Shown here piece after piece: positions 36,962-48,172 of a stretch of DNA of 64,000 nucleotides; the stretch's first letter is position 1, and each line of letters begins with the position of its first letter. Origin of the DNA: an uncultured Pseudomonadota bacterium (lineage in GTDB: Bacteria; Vulcanimicrobiota; Vulcanimicrobiia; Eremiobacterales; Eremiobacteraceae); assembly GCA_963736005.1 (NCBI GenBank), contig CAVTNB010000001.1, forward strand, positions 704,001-768,000. Reading direction: 5' to 3'. The notes beneath the pieces were generated by a model. The model was not told the DNA's origin. It was given only the letters and a program-made list of their open reading frames with translations, and ran no database searches. Both the position numbers and the translations under genes were made by a program.

Positions 36962-38512
36962 ATGAGCCATGAGTCAGAGATGGATTTGTTACGGACCAAA
37001 TCGCAGCAAGCAGCTGAACCGGCCGGGCACAATGCAATCAAGAAACAGCATGACCGTGGCAAGCTAACCGCCCGAGAACGGGTGGCGCGCCTGCTCGACC
37101 CCGAATCGTTCGTAGAGCTCGACGCGTTTGCGGTCCACCGCACCGACGCGTTTGGCTTAGGCGAAAAGAAATTTATGGGCGATGGCGTCGTCACTGGCTA
37201 CGGCAGTATCGACGGCCGTAGAGTATGCATTTTCTCGCAGGACTTCACCGTTTTGGGCGGCTCGCTGGGAGAAGTTTTTGCCGAGAAGATTTGCAAAGTC
37301 ATGGATCTTGCGGTAAAAATCGGATGCCCGATTATCGGCATTAATGATTCGGGAGGCGCGCGCATTCAAGAGGGCGTGGTCAGCCTTGGAGGTTACGCTG
37401 AAATCTTTTGGCGCAACGTGCAGGCCTCCGGAGTGGTACCTCAGATTTCGATCATTGCGGGTCCCTGCGCGGGCGGAGCCGTCTACAGCCCAGCGATGAC
37501 CGATTTTGTCATCATGGTTGATAAGATCTCGCAAATGTTCATTACTGGACCGGAGATTATCAAGACGGTCACCGGTGAGGAAGTGTCGTTCGAAGAGCTC
37601 GGTGGCGCAACCACCCACAACACCAAGAGCGGCGTCGCCCAATTCATCGCGGCGGACGAAAACGATGCGTTTGAGCAGACCCGTCATCTTCTCTCCTTTT
37701 TGCCCCAAAATAATGTCGATGATCCACCCATCGTGGCCTGCGATGACGACCCGCAACGGAGTGATGCCTCGTTGATCGACGTCATTCCAGCATCTTCAAA
37801 TCTTCCGTACGATATGCGCGAGGTTGTCGGCCGCATCGTTGATGACGGCGAATTTTTTGAAGTTCAAGCGCTCTACGGTGGATCGCTGCTCGTAGGGTTC
37901 GCCCGGCTTGCGGGGCGCCCGGTGGGCGTGGTTGGAAACCAGCCGAAAGTGCTCGCCGGTGTTCTCGATATCGATTCGTCAATCAAAGGCGCGCGATTTG
38001 TACGCTTTTGCGACGCGTTCAACATCCCGCTCGTCACCTTTGTGGACGTGCCCGGGTTCTTACCTGGTCTCAATCAAGAGTACGGCGGCATTATCAAGCA
38101 CGGGGCAAAACTGCTGTACGCGTTTGCCGAGGCGACCGTGCCAAAACTGACCGTCATCACGCGCAAGGCGTACGGCGGCGCCTACGACGTTATGTGCAGC
38201 AAGCACATTCGTTCCGATTTCAACGTCGCGTGGCCCACTGCCGAGGTAGCAGTCATGGGTCCGCAAGGAGCGGTGCGCATCATCTTCCGCGATGAGATCG
38301 CTCGCGCCAAAGATCCAGCCAAGCGGGCGGAAGAGCTTGTCAACGAGTATCTCGAGCGCTTCGCCAACCCGTACGTGGCTGCCGAGCGTGGCTATCTCGA
38401 CGCCGTCATCGATCCTGCCCAGACGAGGCCGGTCCTCATCCACGCCCTGGAGGCGCTGGCGACCAAACGGGTGGCACGGCCGGCGCGCAAGCACGGCAAC
38501 ATTCCGCTGTGA
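36962..38512 (+). CDS. pccB: Acyl-CoA (propionyl-CoA) carboxylase beta subunit
   Basis: [53 protein letters not shown]. Confidence 0.93.
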   Translation: MSHESEMDLLRTKSQQAAEPAGHNAIKKQHDRGKLTARERVARLLDPESFVELDAFAVHRTDAFGLGEKKFMGDGVVTGYGSIDGRRVCIFSQDFTVLGGSLGEVFAEKICKVMDLAVKIGCPIIGINDSGGARIQEGVVSLGGYAEIFWRNVQASGVVPQISIIAGPCAGGAVYSPAMTDFVIMVDKISQMFITGPEIIKTVTGEEVSFEELGGATTHNTKSGVAQFIAADENDAFEQTRHLLSFLPQNNVDDPPIVACDDDPQRSDASLIDVIPASSNLPYDMREVVGRIVDDGEFFEVQALYGGSLLVGFARLAGRPVGVVGNQPKVLAGVLDIDSSIKGARFVRFCDAFNIPLVTFVDVPGFLPGLNQEYGGIIKHGAKLLYAFAEATVPKLTVITRKAYGGAYDVMCSKHIRSDFNVAWPTAEVAVMGPQGAVRIIFRDEIARAKDPAKRAEELVNEYLERFANPYVAAERGYLDAVIDPAQTRPVLIHALEALATKRVARPARKHGNIPL

Positions 38513-38757
38513 TCATCCTTTCGATTGAACCGCAACCCTCGCCGGAGGAAGCGGCGGCCATCGAATTGGCGCTGAGAAAACTCGTTCGGTCAAACGCGAT
38601 TACACCAAGCCTAGCGTCACGTTGGACGAACCGTCGGGCGACACGCGCGAATGAATTCGCGCGTCTACAACACTGGCAATCGCCCGCTGCAAATAGCCGA
38701 AAGCCAACCACCTGGGCGCGAGCAGCGCGCGGCGAGGCAATCGCACCAAGTGTTTAA
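38509..38757 (+). CDS. Putative acyl-CoA carboxylase epsilon-like small subunit
   Basis: PSPEEAAAI... and W-x-x-x-x-R C-terminal pattern; overlaps both flanking carboxylase genes. Confidence 0.6.
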   Translation: MIILSIEPQPSPEEAAAIELALRKLVRSNAITPSLASRWTNRRATRANEFARLQHWQSPAANSRKPTTWARAARGEAIAPSV

Positions 38758-40495
38758 ACGGGTCCTGATCGCGAACCGGGGAGAGATTGCGCTCCGCGTG
38801 ATTCGTGCCTGCCGCGAACTTGGGATTGCATCGGTTGCGGTGTATTCCGATGCGGATCGGCACGCGCTCCACGTCAAGGCCGCGGATGAAGCGATCCATC
38901 TCGGTGAAGCGGCGCCCTCGCAATCGTATCTCAATGTCGAACGCATTCTCGAGGTGGCCGCCCGTACGAACTGCGATGCTATCCATCCGGGGTACGGCTT
39001 CCTCGCGGAGAATGCTGCCTTTGCTCGAGCAGTTGCGCAGCGCGGACTTACCTTCATCGGTCCCTCTCCCAGTGCGATGAAACGCATGGGCGACAAACTT
39101 GCCGCCCGGACGGTCGCCAAAGAAGCAGGCGTTCCAATCGTTCCCGGCACGACGCAGCCCGTGAGATCGGTAAACGAGGTGCTCGCAATTGCAAAATCGA
39201 TCGGTTTTCCGATCGCTGTTAAGGCTTCGGCCGGCGGCGGAGGCAAGGGATTGAAAGTGGCGGCGTCGCCAGCTGAGGTGGAAGCGGCGGTATCGCTTGC
39301 TTCAAAGGAAGCATCGGCATATTTTGCCGACGACACGGTCTATGTCGAGCGATATCTAAAAAGTCCGAAGCATGTCGAAGTGCAGGTGCTCGGGGATAAA
39401 CATCGTGCCGCGGTGCAGTTGGGCGAGCGAGATTGCTCGATGCAGCGCCGACATCAAAAATTGATCGAAGAAACCCCTGCTTCCATCGGCGCCGGGCTCC
39501 GGCAGCGCATGCACGATGCGGCTCTCTCGCTTGTCCGCGCTATTGACTACGACAGCGTGGGAACCGTCGAGTGCCTGGTGGAGGGCGATAATTTCTATTT
39601 CTTGGAAATGAATGCGCGCATTCAAGTCGAGCACACGATCACCGAGGAAACGTACGGATTCGATTTGGTCAAGGCGCAAATCCGAGTTGCCGCCGGCGAG
39701 CCGCTTTGGTTTTCTCAGTCTGATTTGGAACCGCGCGGCCATGCGATCGAATGCCGCATCAACGCGGAGTCTCCCGCTGACTCGTTCGCTCCAAGCCCCG
39801 GCCGCATCACGCGCTACATCGAGCCGGGTGGTCCGGGAATTCGGGTTGACAGTGCAGCGTTTGCGGGCTGGGAGATTGGCAACGACTACGACTCGCTAGT
39901 TGCCAAGCTCGTCGCGTGGGGAAGCAATCGGGAAGAGGCAAGACAGCGCATGCTCCGGGCGCTTTCAGAATATTCTATCGAGGGGATTTTGACCACGATA
40001 CCCTTCTATCGCTCGTTGCTGTGTGGCGACGCGTTCGCGAGCGGCACGTATTCAACGTCAAGCGTGGAAGCGTTCGTTGCGCCCAACACCGTCCGTGGGA
40101 GCCAACCCTTGGGTTCGCCCGAAAAAGGCGCGCCCATGCCGACACCGCTTGACGTTACCGTGGAGGTCAACGACAAGCAGTTTCGTGTGCGCGTGACGGG
40201 CCTCAACCTCGCAGCGAACAGAGGCGCGCTGCCCCGCGCGCGCAAGTACCAAAGCTCGCGCAGCATTGCGCACGTCGGATCAAACATCGTCGCGCCCATG
40301 CACGGGATCGTCGCGGAGATCAAAGTTAAGGTTGGGGACGAGATCTCATCCGGTCAGGTCGTCGCGGTCGTTGAAGCGATGAAAATGATGAACGAAGTGT
40401 TCGCTCACAGGACGGGCAAGGTTGTCGCCATCAACGCGAAAACCGGCGAGACGATAGAGTCCGGCTCATCGCTCATTTCCCTCGCAGACCTGTAG
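38750..40495 (+). CDS. Acyl-CoA carboxylase alpha subunit (biotin carboxylase + BCCP)
   Basis: [14 protein letters not shown] (GTG start 38750), GGGGKG, DCSMQRRHQK, EMNARIQVEH, EAMKM. Confidence 0.93.
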   Translation: MFKRVLIANRGEIALRVIRACRELGIASVAVYSDADRHALHVKAADEAIHLGEAAPSQSYLNVERILEVAARTNCDAIHPGYGFLAENAAFARAVAQRGLTFIGPSPSAMKRMGDKLAARTVAKEAGVPIVPGTTQPVRSVNEVLAIAKSIGFPIAVKASAGGGGKGLKVAASPAEVEAAVSLASKEASAYFADDTVYVERYLKSPKHVEVQVLGDKHRAAVQLGERDCSMQRRHQKLIEETPASIGAGLRQRMHDAALSLVRAIDYDSVGTVECLVEGDNFYFLEMNARIQVEHTITEETYGFDLVKAQIRVAAGEPLWFSQSDLEPRGHAIECRINAESPADSFAPSPGRITRYIEPGGPGIRVDSAAFAGWEIGNDYDSLVAKLVAWGSNREEARQRMLRALSEYSIEGILTTIPFYRSLLCGDAFASGTYSTSSVEAFVAPNTVRGSQPLGSPEKGAPMPTPLDVTVEVNDKQFRVRVTGLNLAANRGALPRARKYQSSRSIAHVGSNIVAPMHGIVAEIKVKVGDEISSGQVVAVVEAMKMMNEVFAHRTGKVVAINAKTGETIESGSSLISLADL

Positions 40496-40517
40496 GGGGC
40501 GATTGGAAAATCGCCCC
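40492..40517 (+). repeat. Family-A REP palindrome
   Basis: GTAG-GGGGCGATTGGAAAATCGCCCC; its GTAG contains the TAG stop of the carboxylase. Confidence 0.9.
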
Positions 40518-40522
40518 ATGAC

Positions 40523-41440
40523 CTACGCCGATGCCGAATGGCTGTGGCGGTTCGCCGTCTTCTTTCCGTAGCGCTCCGCAATGAAATCATCAAGACGAGT
40601 CGGTTCAAAGGGGAAGCGCGCAAGCAGCGGCGCCATCTCGACGATCATAGGTTGGGTGTCCATCATGATGGCTGTCTGCACTTGCCGGCTAAACGCCGGC
40701 CGCATCGTTCCGGTGACTCCCGCCATCAGGTGCATTGCCGCGGGCGCAATATGAGTTACCTGCGCGCTGCGCCCCGTGAATCGCGCGAACGAGGCAGCGA
40801 CCTCATTCATGGTAAGTGGTTCGGGTCCGCCGATGTCCAGCGTTTCGCCGACGAGTTCTGGTGCGCGCAGCGCGAGCGATCCAAAGTATGCGACATCGCT
40901 TGCCGCAACGAATGTGATTGGATTGGACCCTCGACCGAAGATCTTCGTGCGGCCATCCTTCAAAAGAGGTTCGCCGATGAGCGCGCCCCAGGTATCCATA
41001 AATGGGCTTGGGCGAAGGATCGAAAAACTCAAGCCACTCTCCCGCAAATAGGTTTCAGTTTCGAACTTGATGCGAAAGAAATCGATTGCGTGATCGGCAC
41101 GCGCACCCGCAACGGAGGTAAAAACGAAACGATCAATGCCCGCACGCTTGGCTGCATCGATCAGGTTGCGGTTTCCCGCACCGTCAACAAGCTTAGGACT
41201 GCTTTCGCCCGCCCCCATGAATGAGTGGGCGGCAGCGAGCACCTTGTCCGTGCCGCGACAGGCCCGTGCTAGAGATTCCGGATCGCGCAGGTCGCCCACG
41301 TAAATCTGTGCGCCCATCCGGCGTAATGAATCCGCCTTTTTTGCGTCGCGAGTGAGAGCGCGGACATGCGTTCCCGAACGAAGGAGCAACGCTATGAGAG
41401 CGTTTCCCAAATGGCCCGTGGCGCCGACAACAAGAATCAT
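40523..41440 (-). CDS. Atypical SDR / NmrA-like NAD(P)-binding oxidoreductase
   Basis: VVGATGHLG, GDLRDPESL, LRESGLSFSILRP, IGGPE. Confidence 0.88.
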   Translation of the reverse strand: MILVVGATGHLGNALIALLLRSGTHVRALTRDAKKADSLRRMGAQIYVGDLRDPESLARACRGTDKVLAAAHSFMGAGESSPKLVDGAGNRNLIDAAKRAGIDRFVFTSVAGARADHAIDFFRIKFETETYLRESGLSFSILRPSPFMDTWGALIGEPLLKDGRTKIFGRGSNPITFVAASDVAYFGSLALRAPELVGETLDIGGPEPLTMNEVAASFARFTGRSAQVTHIAPAAMHLMAGVTGTMRPAFSRQVQTAIMMDTQPMIVEMAPLLARFPFEPTRLDDFIAERYGKKTANRHSHSASA

Positions 41441-41491
41441 TGCAGTGCTGCGGATTGGGTACCGGTCTGACGAGCCTGATACCTTGAGTCA

Positions 41492-41515
41492 GGGGGCCTA
41501 AAGGTCCACTGCTAC
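41492..41515 (-). repeat. Family-C REP-like palindrome
   Basis: Minus strand GTAGCAGTGGACCTTTAGGCCCCC; a related copy GCGGCAGCGGACCTTTAGGTTCGCT lies at 52174-52198. Confidence 0.6.
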
Positions 41516-41538
41516 ACTCCCGATGAACGCCCGATTGT

Positions 41539-43126
41539 ATGCGACGCCGCAAGACGGAAAGCGGGATCGAGATTAAGCCCGTCTACCAGGCTGATGACGT
41601 CTGCGACCTGGACCTGGCGCATCAGTCAAAACCAGGCGAGTTCCCATATACCCGCGGCATACAAGAGTCGATGTACCGCGGGCGGCTTTGGACCATGCGC
41701 CAGTATGCCGGCTATGCCACGGCGCGCGAGTCCAACGCACGCTATCGCTACTTGCTCTCGCAGGGCCAGACGGGATTGTCCGTCGCGTTCGACCTGCCGA
41801 CGCAAATGGGTCTTGACTCAGACGCTCCGCTGGCGGCTGGTGAAGTCGGCCGTACCGGCGTCGCCATCGATACCGTCGAGGACATGGCGGCACTCTTCGA
41901 TGGCATACCAATGGCCGACGTCAGTGTCTCCATGACGATTAACGCGCCAGCCGCCATTCTTCTTGCCATGTATCTTGCGGTTGCGCGTCGCCGCGGCATC
42001 CCTTTCCCTAAGCTCTCGGGGACTTCGCAAAACGACATTCTTAAGGAATACGCCGCTCGGGGAACCTACATCTTTCCACCCCAGCCGTCGATGCGCTTGG
42101 TCACCGACCTCATGCGCTACTGCGCAGAGCACATTCCAGGATGGAACACCATTAGCGTGAGCGGTTACCACATTCGAGAGGCTGGCGCAACCGCGGCCCA
42201 AGAGGTCGCCTTCACGTTGGCCAATGCTCGCGCCTACCTCCGTGCGGCAATCGATGCGGGCCTAGGCGTCGATACCGTTGCGCCGCGCATGTCGTTTTTC
42301 TGGAACGCTCACAACAACTTCTTTGAAGAAATCGCGAAGTTTCGAGCAGCGCGTCTGTTGTGGGCGACCATCACTCGCGACGAATTTGGAGCGCACTCAC
42401 CGAAATCGTGGCTAATGCGCTTTCACACACAGACGGGCGGATCCACGCTGACCGCGCAGGAGCCGGACAACAATGTCGTGCGCGTGGCGCTCCAGGCATT
42501 AGCCGCCGTGCTCGGTGGCACGCAGTCGTTGCACACCAACGCTTCGGATGAAGCGCTGGCACTTCCGACGCAAGTCGCAGCAAAACTCGCGCTGCGCACG
42601 CAGCAGATCATTGCCTTTGAAAGTGGCGTACCGGACACGGCGGATCCCCTCGGCGGTTCGTACTTCGTCGAACGTCTCACGGCAGAGGTCGCCGAGGCCG
42701 CTCGCAAGATCATGAACGACATTGCCGAGCGCGGCGGAGCGATTGCCGTCATCGAAGGCGGGTGGATGCAGCAACAAATCGGCGAGAGCGCCTATCGTGC
42801 CCAGCGAGCAATCGAGTCAGGCGAATCGATCATCGTTGGCGTCAACAAGTTCGTCGATCCCGGCGAAACGTCAGCGGATCCCAGCGTTCAGAAAATCGAT
42901 GCGGCGCTCGAGCGGGAGCAATGCAAACGCTTGGCCCAGGTGCGCGCGCAGCGCGACGCAGCGCGCGTTGCGGGCTGCTTGGCGTCTGTCGTTAAAGCTG
43001 CCCGATCGGGCGCCCCGCTCATGCCCGAATTTATTGAAGCAGTCGACGCCCGATGCACGCTCGGGGAGATTTGCGATGCGCTGCGGGGCGTTTTCTCCGT
43101 CTTACCGCCCGGCTCGCGCGGTCTGA
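41539..43126 (+). CDS. Methylmalonyl-CoA mutase, substrate-binding subunit (no B12-binding domain)
   Basis: [53 protein letters not shown]. As written it reads through into the epimerase; removing 1 nt near 43101 restores ...VFSVYRPARAV-stop. Confidence 0.9.
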
Positions 43127-43536
43127 TGACTTTTGGCCAGCTGGACCACGTGGCGATCGTGGTCGCGGATCTCGAGGAAAGCGAACGGGCGTATGCGGGG
43201 CTCGGCTTTTCGGTGTTGTACCGCGAGCGGCTTGCGGAGCAAGGTGTGAACATCGTGGGCATGCGCGCCGGTGAGAGCTCGATCGAGCTTCTCAAGCCGT
43301 TGCGCGACGATTCCCCACTCAATCGCTACTTGGGCGAGCAACGGTCAAAGCTGCATCATCTTGCCTATCGAGTCGAAGACCTGGTGGCGGAGCTTGCCCG
43401 ATTGAAGTCGCTCGGCGTGCCCCTCATTGACGAGCGCCCCCGCCAAGGCGCACACGGCAATAAGATCGCCTTCATTCACCCCTCGTACTCCGGCGGCACG
43501 CTGATAGAATTGTGTCAGGCCAAGCGCGCCGTGTGA
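43126..43536 (+). CDS. mce: Methylmalonyl-CoA epimerase
   Basis: DHVAIVV, EQGV, IELL, LHHLAY, GAHG, AFIHP, LIEL (VOC fold); ATG lies in a TGATG overlap. Confidence 0.9.
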   Translation: MTFGQLDHVAIVVADLEESERAYAGLGFSVLYRERLAEQGVNIVGMRAGESSIELLKPLRDDSPLNRYLGEQRSKLHHLAYRVEDLVAELARLKSLGVPLIDERPRQGAHGNKIAFIHPSYSGGTLIELCQAKRAV

Positions 43537-43587
43537 TCTGAGTCACGCCGCCTCTGGTCACCTCGAAGAACCGATACTCTAAGGAAT

Positions 43588-46062
43588 ATGGCCATCATAG
43601 CTGACGCGATTCTGACATTCGATGAGCGCGGCACTATTCAGTCGTTCAATGCAGCAGCCGAGCGCATGTTCGGACACAGTGGGTCAGACATCGTAGATGG
43701 CAATCTGAGCAATATCATCGCAGAGTCACCGCGGCCCGGAGTCTTCGATACGACCGGACGGCACAAAGACGGATCGACGTTCCCGGTGCGCTTCACCATC
43801 CATGAGATTGCGGCAGGCAGCGGCAGGCTGTTCGTTGGCGTTGCCAGAGAATCGGCACTACGGGCACGCGCCTACGAAGAGCTGCTCAACGAACACTCCT
43901 TGCTGCTCGCTACGCTCGAAGCAACGGCGGACGGGATCCTCGTCGTCGATCGCACCGGCAAGATCGTGCGGTTCAACGATCGGTTTCGACGCCTGTGGCG
44001 CATCCCGGAAGAAATCCTCGCCTCTCGAGACGACGATCGGGCGATCGCCTATGTCCTGTCGCAGCTCAAACATCCGGACGCCTTCATCGCGAAGGTGCAA
44101 GAGCTTTACGCACATCCGGACGCCGAAAGCTTTGATGTCATCGAGTTCAAGGACGGCCGAGTTTTTGAGCGACTTTCCGTTCCGCAGCGTGTCGACGATC
44201 AGCCGGTCGGCCGGGTGTGGTCGTTCCGCGATGTTACTGAGCTTGCCGTCGAAGAACGGCGCGCGAAGCGCCGCCTTGGCCGGCTCGACGCTTTGTGGCG
44301 CCTCGTTTCGAAGTCTGAGGCAAGGCGTGAAGACTTGGTGCGGCAAGTGCTTGAGGAAGGCTCGCGCGCGCTCGCCTTTGACATCGCGCTTATCGCCCAT
44401 CGCGAGGGGTCATCCGTCATTTTGGATTACGCGAGCTCACCGGGTGATCAACGCAGCAACAAGTTGCGCGCGGGGCACGAGCACGTTGCAGGCGTGATCT
44501 TGGACGCGAAAGCCAGCTTGATGACGGCGGACATAGAAAAGGATCCGGCGCTGGCAGAGCGTCTCGCCTTGCAAGCGCCTGGTGTGCGCGGACTCATCGG
44601 CACACCCGTGAAGGTCGGCAAAAAGACGTATGCAGTCATTTTTGCCTCACCCACGCCACTGACGACGGCATTTGACGATGAGGATCGCACCTACGTCGAA
44701 CTGCTCGGCGATTACATCGGGCGCATCTTGATGATGCGCGAACAGGATCGCCAGATCTCTTACCTCGCATATCATGATGCGCTGACGGGCATCGCCAATC
44801 GAATGCAATTTGTGCTCCGGCTGGGTGAAACAATCTCGGCTGCGAAGCGACGAAACCGCCGTTTCGGCCTCGTCTACATCGACCTTGACCGATTCAAGGA
44901 AGTCAACGATACGCTCGGGCATGCCGGCGGGGATGCGATCCTCGTCGAAGCTGCTCGCCGCATCAGCCGGGCTGTGCGCGAGGAGGATCTCGTGGCGCGG
45001 CTTGGCGGTGACGAATTTGCGGTGCTGATCACCGAGATCGAAGGACCCGATGACGCCCGCGAACTCGCGCAGCGCATCTGCACGGTCTTGTCCACGCCGT
45101 TTCGCACCGGTCACCATGATTTCTATCTGTCCGCCTCGGCGGGCATTGCGCTCTTTCCTGAAGATGGAGACTCCGCGGAGACGCTCTTCACCAATGCGGA
45201 TGCGGCAATGTATCGGGCTAAAGAGGAAGGACGCGATAAGTTCACGTTTTACAGCAATGAGATCGCGCAAAGTCTGCAGCACCGCCAGCAAATTCGTGAG
45301 GGTCTGCGCCAAGCGTTGGCACAGTCCGAATTGGTTCTCTACTACCAGCCTGTGTTGAATATCCGTTCGAACGAGGTCATTGGATGCGAGGCGCTCATGC
45401 GCTGGCAGCACCCGCAGCGCGGTTTGCTGTTGCCCGGCGAGTTCATCCCGCTGGTCGAGGAAACCAACCTCATGGTGCGCATGGGAACATGGGGGCTGAC
45501 GATGGCCTTTCGCCAATCGCGGCGCTGGGCAGATCTGGGCATTGTGTTGCGGTTGGCGGTTAATTTATCTGCGCGGCAGTTCCAAGACCCGCAGTTTGTG
45601 ACGATGCTGCGCAGCGCGCTCGCCGAGAGCGGCGCCAACGCTACCAGCATCGAACTAGAAATCACTGAGAGCGTTGCGCTCCGAGATCCGAGCGTCGCCC
45701 AAACGACGATCGATGAATGCCGGCGCCTAGGCTTCCGCGTCGTTCTTGACGATTTCGGCACGTATTATTCATCCCTATCGTATCTCAAGAAACTTGGTGC
45801 CGACACCATCAAGATCGATAAGTCATTTGTCGATGGGCTGCCGGGCGATGATGGCGATGCAGCGATCGTGCGTGCTATCATCGCACTTGGCCGCAGTCTC
45901 GGGCGCGAAATCATCGCTGAAGGCGTCGAAACACTCGAGCAAGCGCGCTGGCTCGTGCGCGAGGGCTGCACAACCGCGCAGGGCTTCCTCTTTGCCCGGC
46001 CGATGACCGCCGAAGCATTTGAACGCTGGCTTGCGACACGCGATACCGTCATCGCCGTGTGA
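43588..46062 (+). CDS. PAS-PAS-GAF-GGDEF-EAL diguanylate cyclase/phosphodiesterase
   Basis: [55 protein letters not shown]. Confidence 0.95.
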   Translation: MAIIADAILTFDERGTIQSFNAAAERMFGHSGSDIVDGNLSNIIAESPRPGVFDTTGRHKDGSTFPVRFTIHEIAAGSGRLFVGVARESALRARAYEELLNEHSLLLATLEATADGILVVDRTGKIVRFNDRFRRLWRIPEEILASRDDDRAIAYVLSQLKHPDAFIAKVQELYAHPDAESFDVIEFKDGRVFERLSVPQRVDDQPVGRVWSFRDVTELAVEERRAKRRLGRLDALWRLVSKSEARREDLVRQVLEEGSRALAFDIALIAHREGSSVILDYASSPGDQRSNKLRAGHEHVAGVILDAKASLMTADIEKDPALAERLALQAPGVRGLIGTPVKVGKKTYAVIFASPTPLTTAFDDEDRTYVELLGDYIGRILMMREQDRQISYLAYHDALTGIANRMQFVLRLGETISAAKRRNRRFGLVYIDLDRFKEVNDTLGHAGGDAILVEAARRISRAVREEDLVARLGGDEFAVLITEIEGPDDARELAQRICTVLSTPFRTGHHDFYLSASAGIALFPEDGDSAETLFTNADAAMYRAKEEGRDKFTFYSNEIAQSLQHRQQIREGLRQALAQSELVLYYQPVLNIRSNEVIGCEALMRWQHPQRGLLLPGEFIPLVEETNLMVRMGTWGLTMAFRQSRRWADLGIVLRLAVNLSARQFQDPQFVTMLRSALAESGANATSIELEITESVALRDPSVAQTTIDECRRLGFRVVLDDFGTYYSSLSYLKKLGADTIKIDKSFVDGLPGDDGDAAIVRAIIALGRSLGREIIAEGVETLEQARWLVREGCTTAQGFLFARPMTAEAFERWLATRDTVIAV

Positions 46063-46240
46063 ACTCGCTCAAGACAGCGAACAGCATGATGAACGAACTC
46101 TTAACAACGGCTTTCGAAACCCAAGAGTCATCTCTTAAGAACCTAAAGAATCGTTAACTTTTCGCAACTTTCTCGAACTTGTGTTGTATCCACAGCGATG
46201 AGACCCGGACAACACATCCCGGGGAAAGGAGCTCTTCGCC

Positions 46241-46681
46241 ATGCATCCCCTTTGGAAGTTTTTTGAATCGTTGGCGCTGGTCGCGCTTGCCGTTGCCACG
46301 CTTTCGGGCTCGGCCGCATCCGCGGCAGCAGCTACGAATGTGGCGGCCGCACAAGTCGCTTGTGGAACCGTCGATCTCGCATCTGCGAGCTCGAGAGATA
46401 CTGCAACCGCATTTGATTGCTTCACAAAAGCGTTCGCCCATTGCGATTTCGCCTCGCTCGCCACGACGCAAACGGATGGGACGGCATCCGTCAGCTCGAC
46501 GTTTGTCACCTTTGCTGGGGACAACGGCTGCAGCATTTCGGAAACAGTTTCGCGATCGAGCGGCAGCGATGGCAGCGTTGATTCGTACGTGTGCAACAAC
46601 GTGAGCGAAGCCGACGGCGCGTTGCACTTCACGGGCTGCGGCGCTCAGAGAGAGGTCTGGTTGAAGCCAGCAAAGATGTAA
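46241..46681 (+). CDS. Hypothetical secreted protein with six Cys
   Basis: Strong SD (AAAGGAG), signal-peptide-like N-terminus, Ser/Thr-rich, six cysteines. Confidence 0.7.
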   Translation: MHPLWKFFESLALVALAVATLSGSAASAAAATNVAAAQVACGTVDLASASSRDTATAFDCFTKAFAHCDFASLATTQTDGTASVSSTFVTFAGDNGCSISETVSRSSGSDGSVDSYVCNNVSEADGALHFTGCGAQREVWLKPAKM

Positions 46682-46721
46682 AAGCAAGAGACACCGCGTG
46701 CACCGAGAAGCAGCGCCGCAG

Positions 46722-47510
46722 ATGGCGCTGCATATCGGCACGTGTGGGTTCTCGTACCGCGATTGGATCGGACCATTTTACCCCCAAGGCATCAAGCCGC
46801 TCGACATGTTGCCCTTTTATGCCGAGCGCTTTGATGCCGTTGAAATCGACAGCACGTACTACGCTATTCCGAAACCCCAGCTCTTTGAGAGCATGGACCG
46901 GCGCACACCGAGTCACTTTCGCTTTGCAGTCAAAGCACCCGGAAGCATCACGCACGTCCCCCTTGAGGCGACACCACTGAATGATGACGCCGTCGCCTTC
47001 CGCGCCTGCTTAGAACCGATTCGCCAGAGTGGGAAGCTCGGCGCCGTGCTGGCGCAATTTCCCCATAGCTTCCGACCGAGTCCCGATGCCTACCGGCGCC
47101 TGCGCGATTTGGTCACATGGTGGCCCGATCTTAATCTTGTGACCGAATTTCGGCACCGCTTATGGCAGGACGATCGCACGCTCGATGCATTGCGCGAGCT
47201 GGGGATTGGCTTTTGCAATGTTGACGAACCCCGTTTCGCCTCGCTGTTGCGACCCGGCTCTGAAATAACCTCGAGTGTGGGCTACATTCGCTTTCACGGT
47301 CGCAACTACAGCAGGTGGTGGAAGCAAGAGCGCGCCTCGCACGAGCGCTACGACTATTTGTACACGAGCGAGGAGTTGACCGAGTGGATCCCACGCATCG
47401 CAGCGGTCGACGAGCAAGCCAAGCACGCGTATGTGTTCTTCAACAACCATCACCTTGGCAAAGCGGCGGCCAATGCCAAACAATTGGCGCAGATGCTTGA
47501 CAGGTTTTAA
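46722..47510 (+). CDS. DUF72 family protein
   Basis: IGTCGFSYRDW, VEIDSTYY, LAQFP, EFRH, YIRFHGRN, YDYLY, FFNN. Confidence 0.93.
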   Translation: MALHIGTCGFSYRDWIGPFYPQGIKPLDMLPFYAERFDAVEIDSTYYAIPKPQLFESMDRRTPSHFRFAVKAPGSITHVPLEATPLNDDAVAFRACLEPIRQSGKLGAVLAQFPHSFRPSPDAYRRLRDLVTWWPDLNLVTEFRHRLWQDDRTLDALRELGIGFCNVDEPRFASLLRPGSEITSSVGYIRFHGRNYSRWWKQERASHERYDYLYTSEELTEWIPRIAAVDEQAKHAYVFFNNHHLGKAAANAKQLAQMLDRF

Positions 47511-47524
47511 ACAATCGTTTAAAA
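47505..47524. promoter_or_regulatory. Putative TetR operator
   Basis: Perfect inverted repeat TTTTAAAC-AATC-GTTTAAAA 12 bp upstream of the TetR gene. Confidence 0.65.
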
Positions 47525-47536
47525 TTCACCCTTAGA

Positions 47537-48172
47537 ATGCGCTCACGTGGCTCGACCGCTCGTGATTCGACGCGCCGAGCACTGCTCGAGGCTGCGGCGA
47601 CAATCTTCGCGGAGAAAGGCTATCATGAGGCCACGGTCCGCCAGATCGCGAAGCTTGCGCGCGCGAATATCGCGGCCGTGAAATACCATTTCGGCGACAA
47701 GCTCGGGTTGTATTCCGAGGTCTTGAGGAAGACCGTTTTGAGCGCGGGCCACGAACTCGTGCCGACCATTGTCGATCAGGATGCGCCGCCAGAACGCATC
47801 CTCCAGCAGCTCATCCATACGCTCGTGGGGCGCATCGTCGGAGCGGATCGGCCCGACCTCCGCTTTCGTTTGATTGCGCACGAACTCGCGCGGCCCACCC
47901 CCGCACTCTCGCGCTTGGTTAAAGAAATTATCCAGCCGAACTACGACCGGTTGCGAAACCTGGTCGGGAAAATGCTGGATTTGGCGGCCGACGATGAACA
48001 AACATGTTTTTGTGTGCTCAGCATTGTCGGACAAGTCATCCTCTACGTTCGAGCTGGCTCCTTTTTTGGTTCGCTTCGACCTCAGTTGAAGCTCACGCCA
48101 AGACGGGTCGAGCGTCTTGCGAACCACATCGCAGCGTTTTCGCTTGCGTATCTCCAGTCGGTGACGGTATGA
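47537..48172 (+). CDS. TetR family regulator (CecR/YbiH-like)
   Basis: HTH FAEKGY..ATVRQIA..ANIAAVKYHFGDKLGLY; precedes a YbhG/F/S-like exporter. Confidence 0.9.
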   Translation: MRSRGSTARDSTRRALLEAAATIFAEKGYHEATVRQIAKLARANIAAVKYHFGDKLGLYSEVLRKTVLSAGHELVPTIVDQDAPPERILQQLIHTLVGRIVGADRPDLRFRLIAHELARPTPALSRLVKEIIQPNYDRLRNLVGKMLDLAADDEQTCFCVLSIVGQVILYVRAGSFFGSLRPQLKLTPRRVERLANHIAAFSLAYLQSVTV

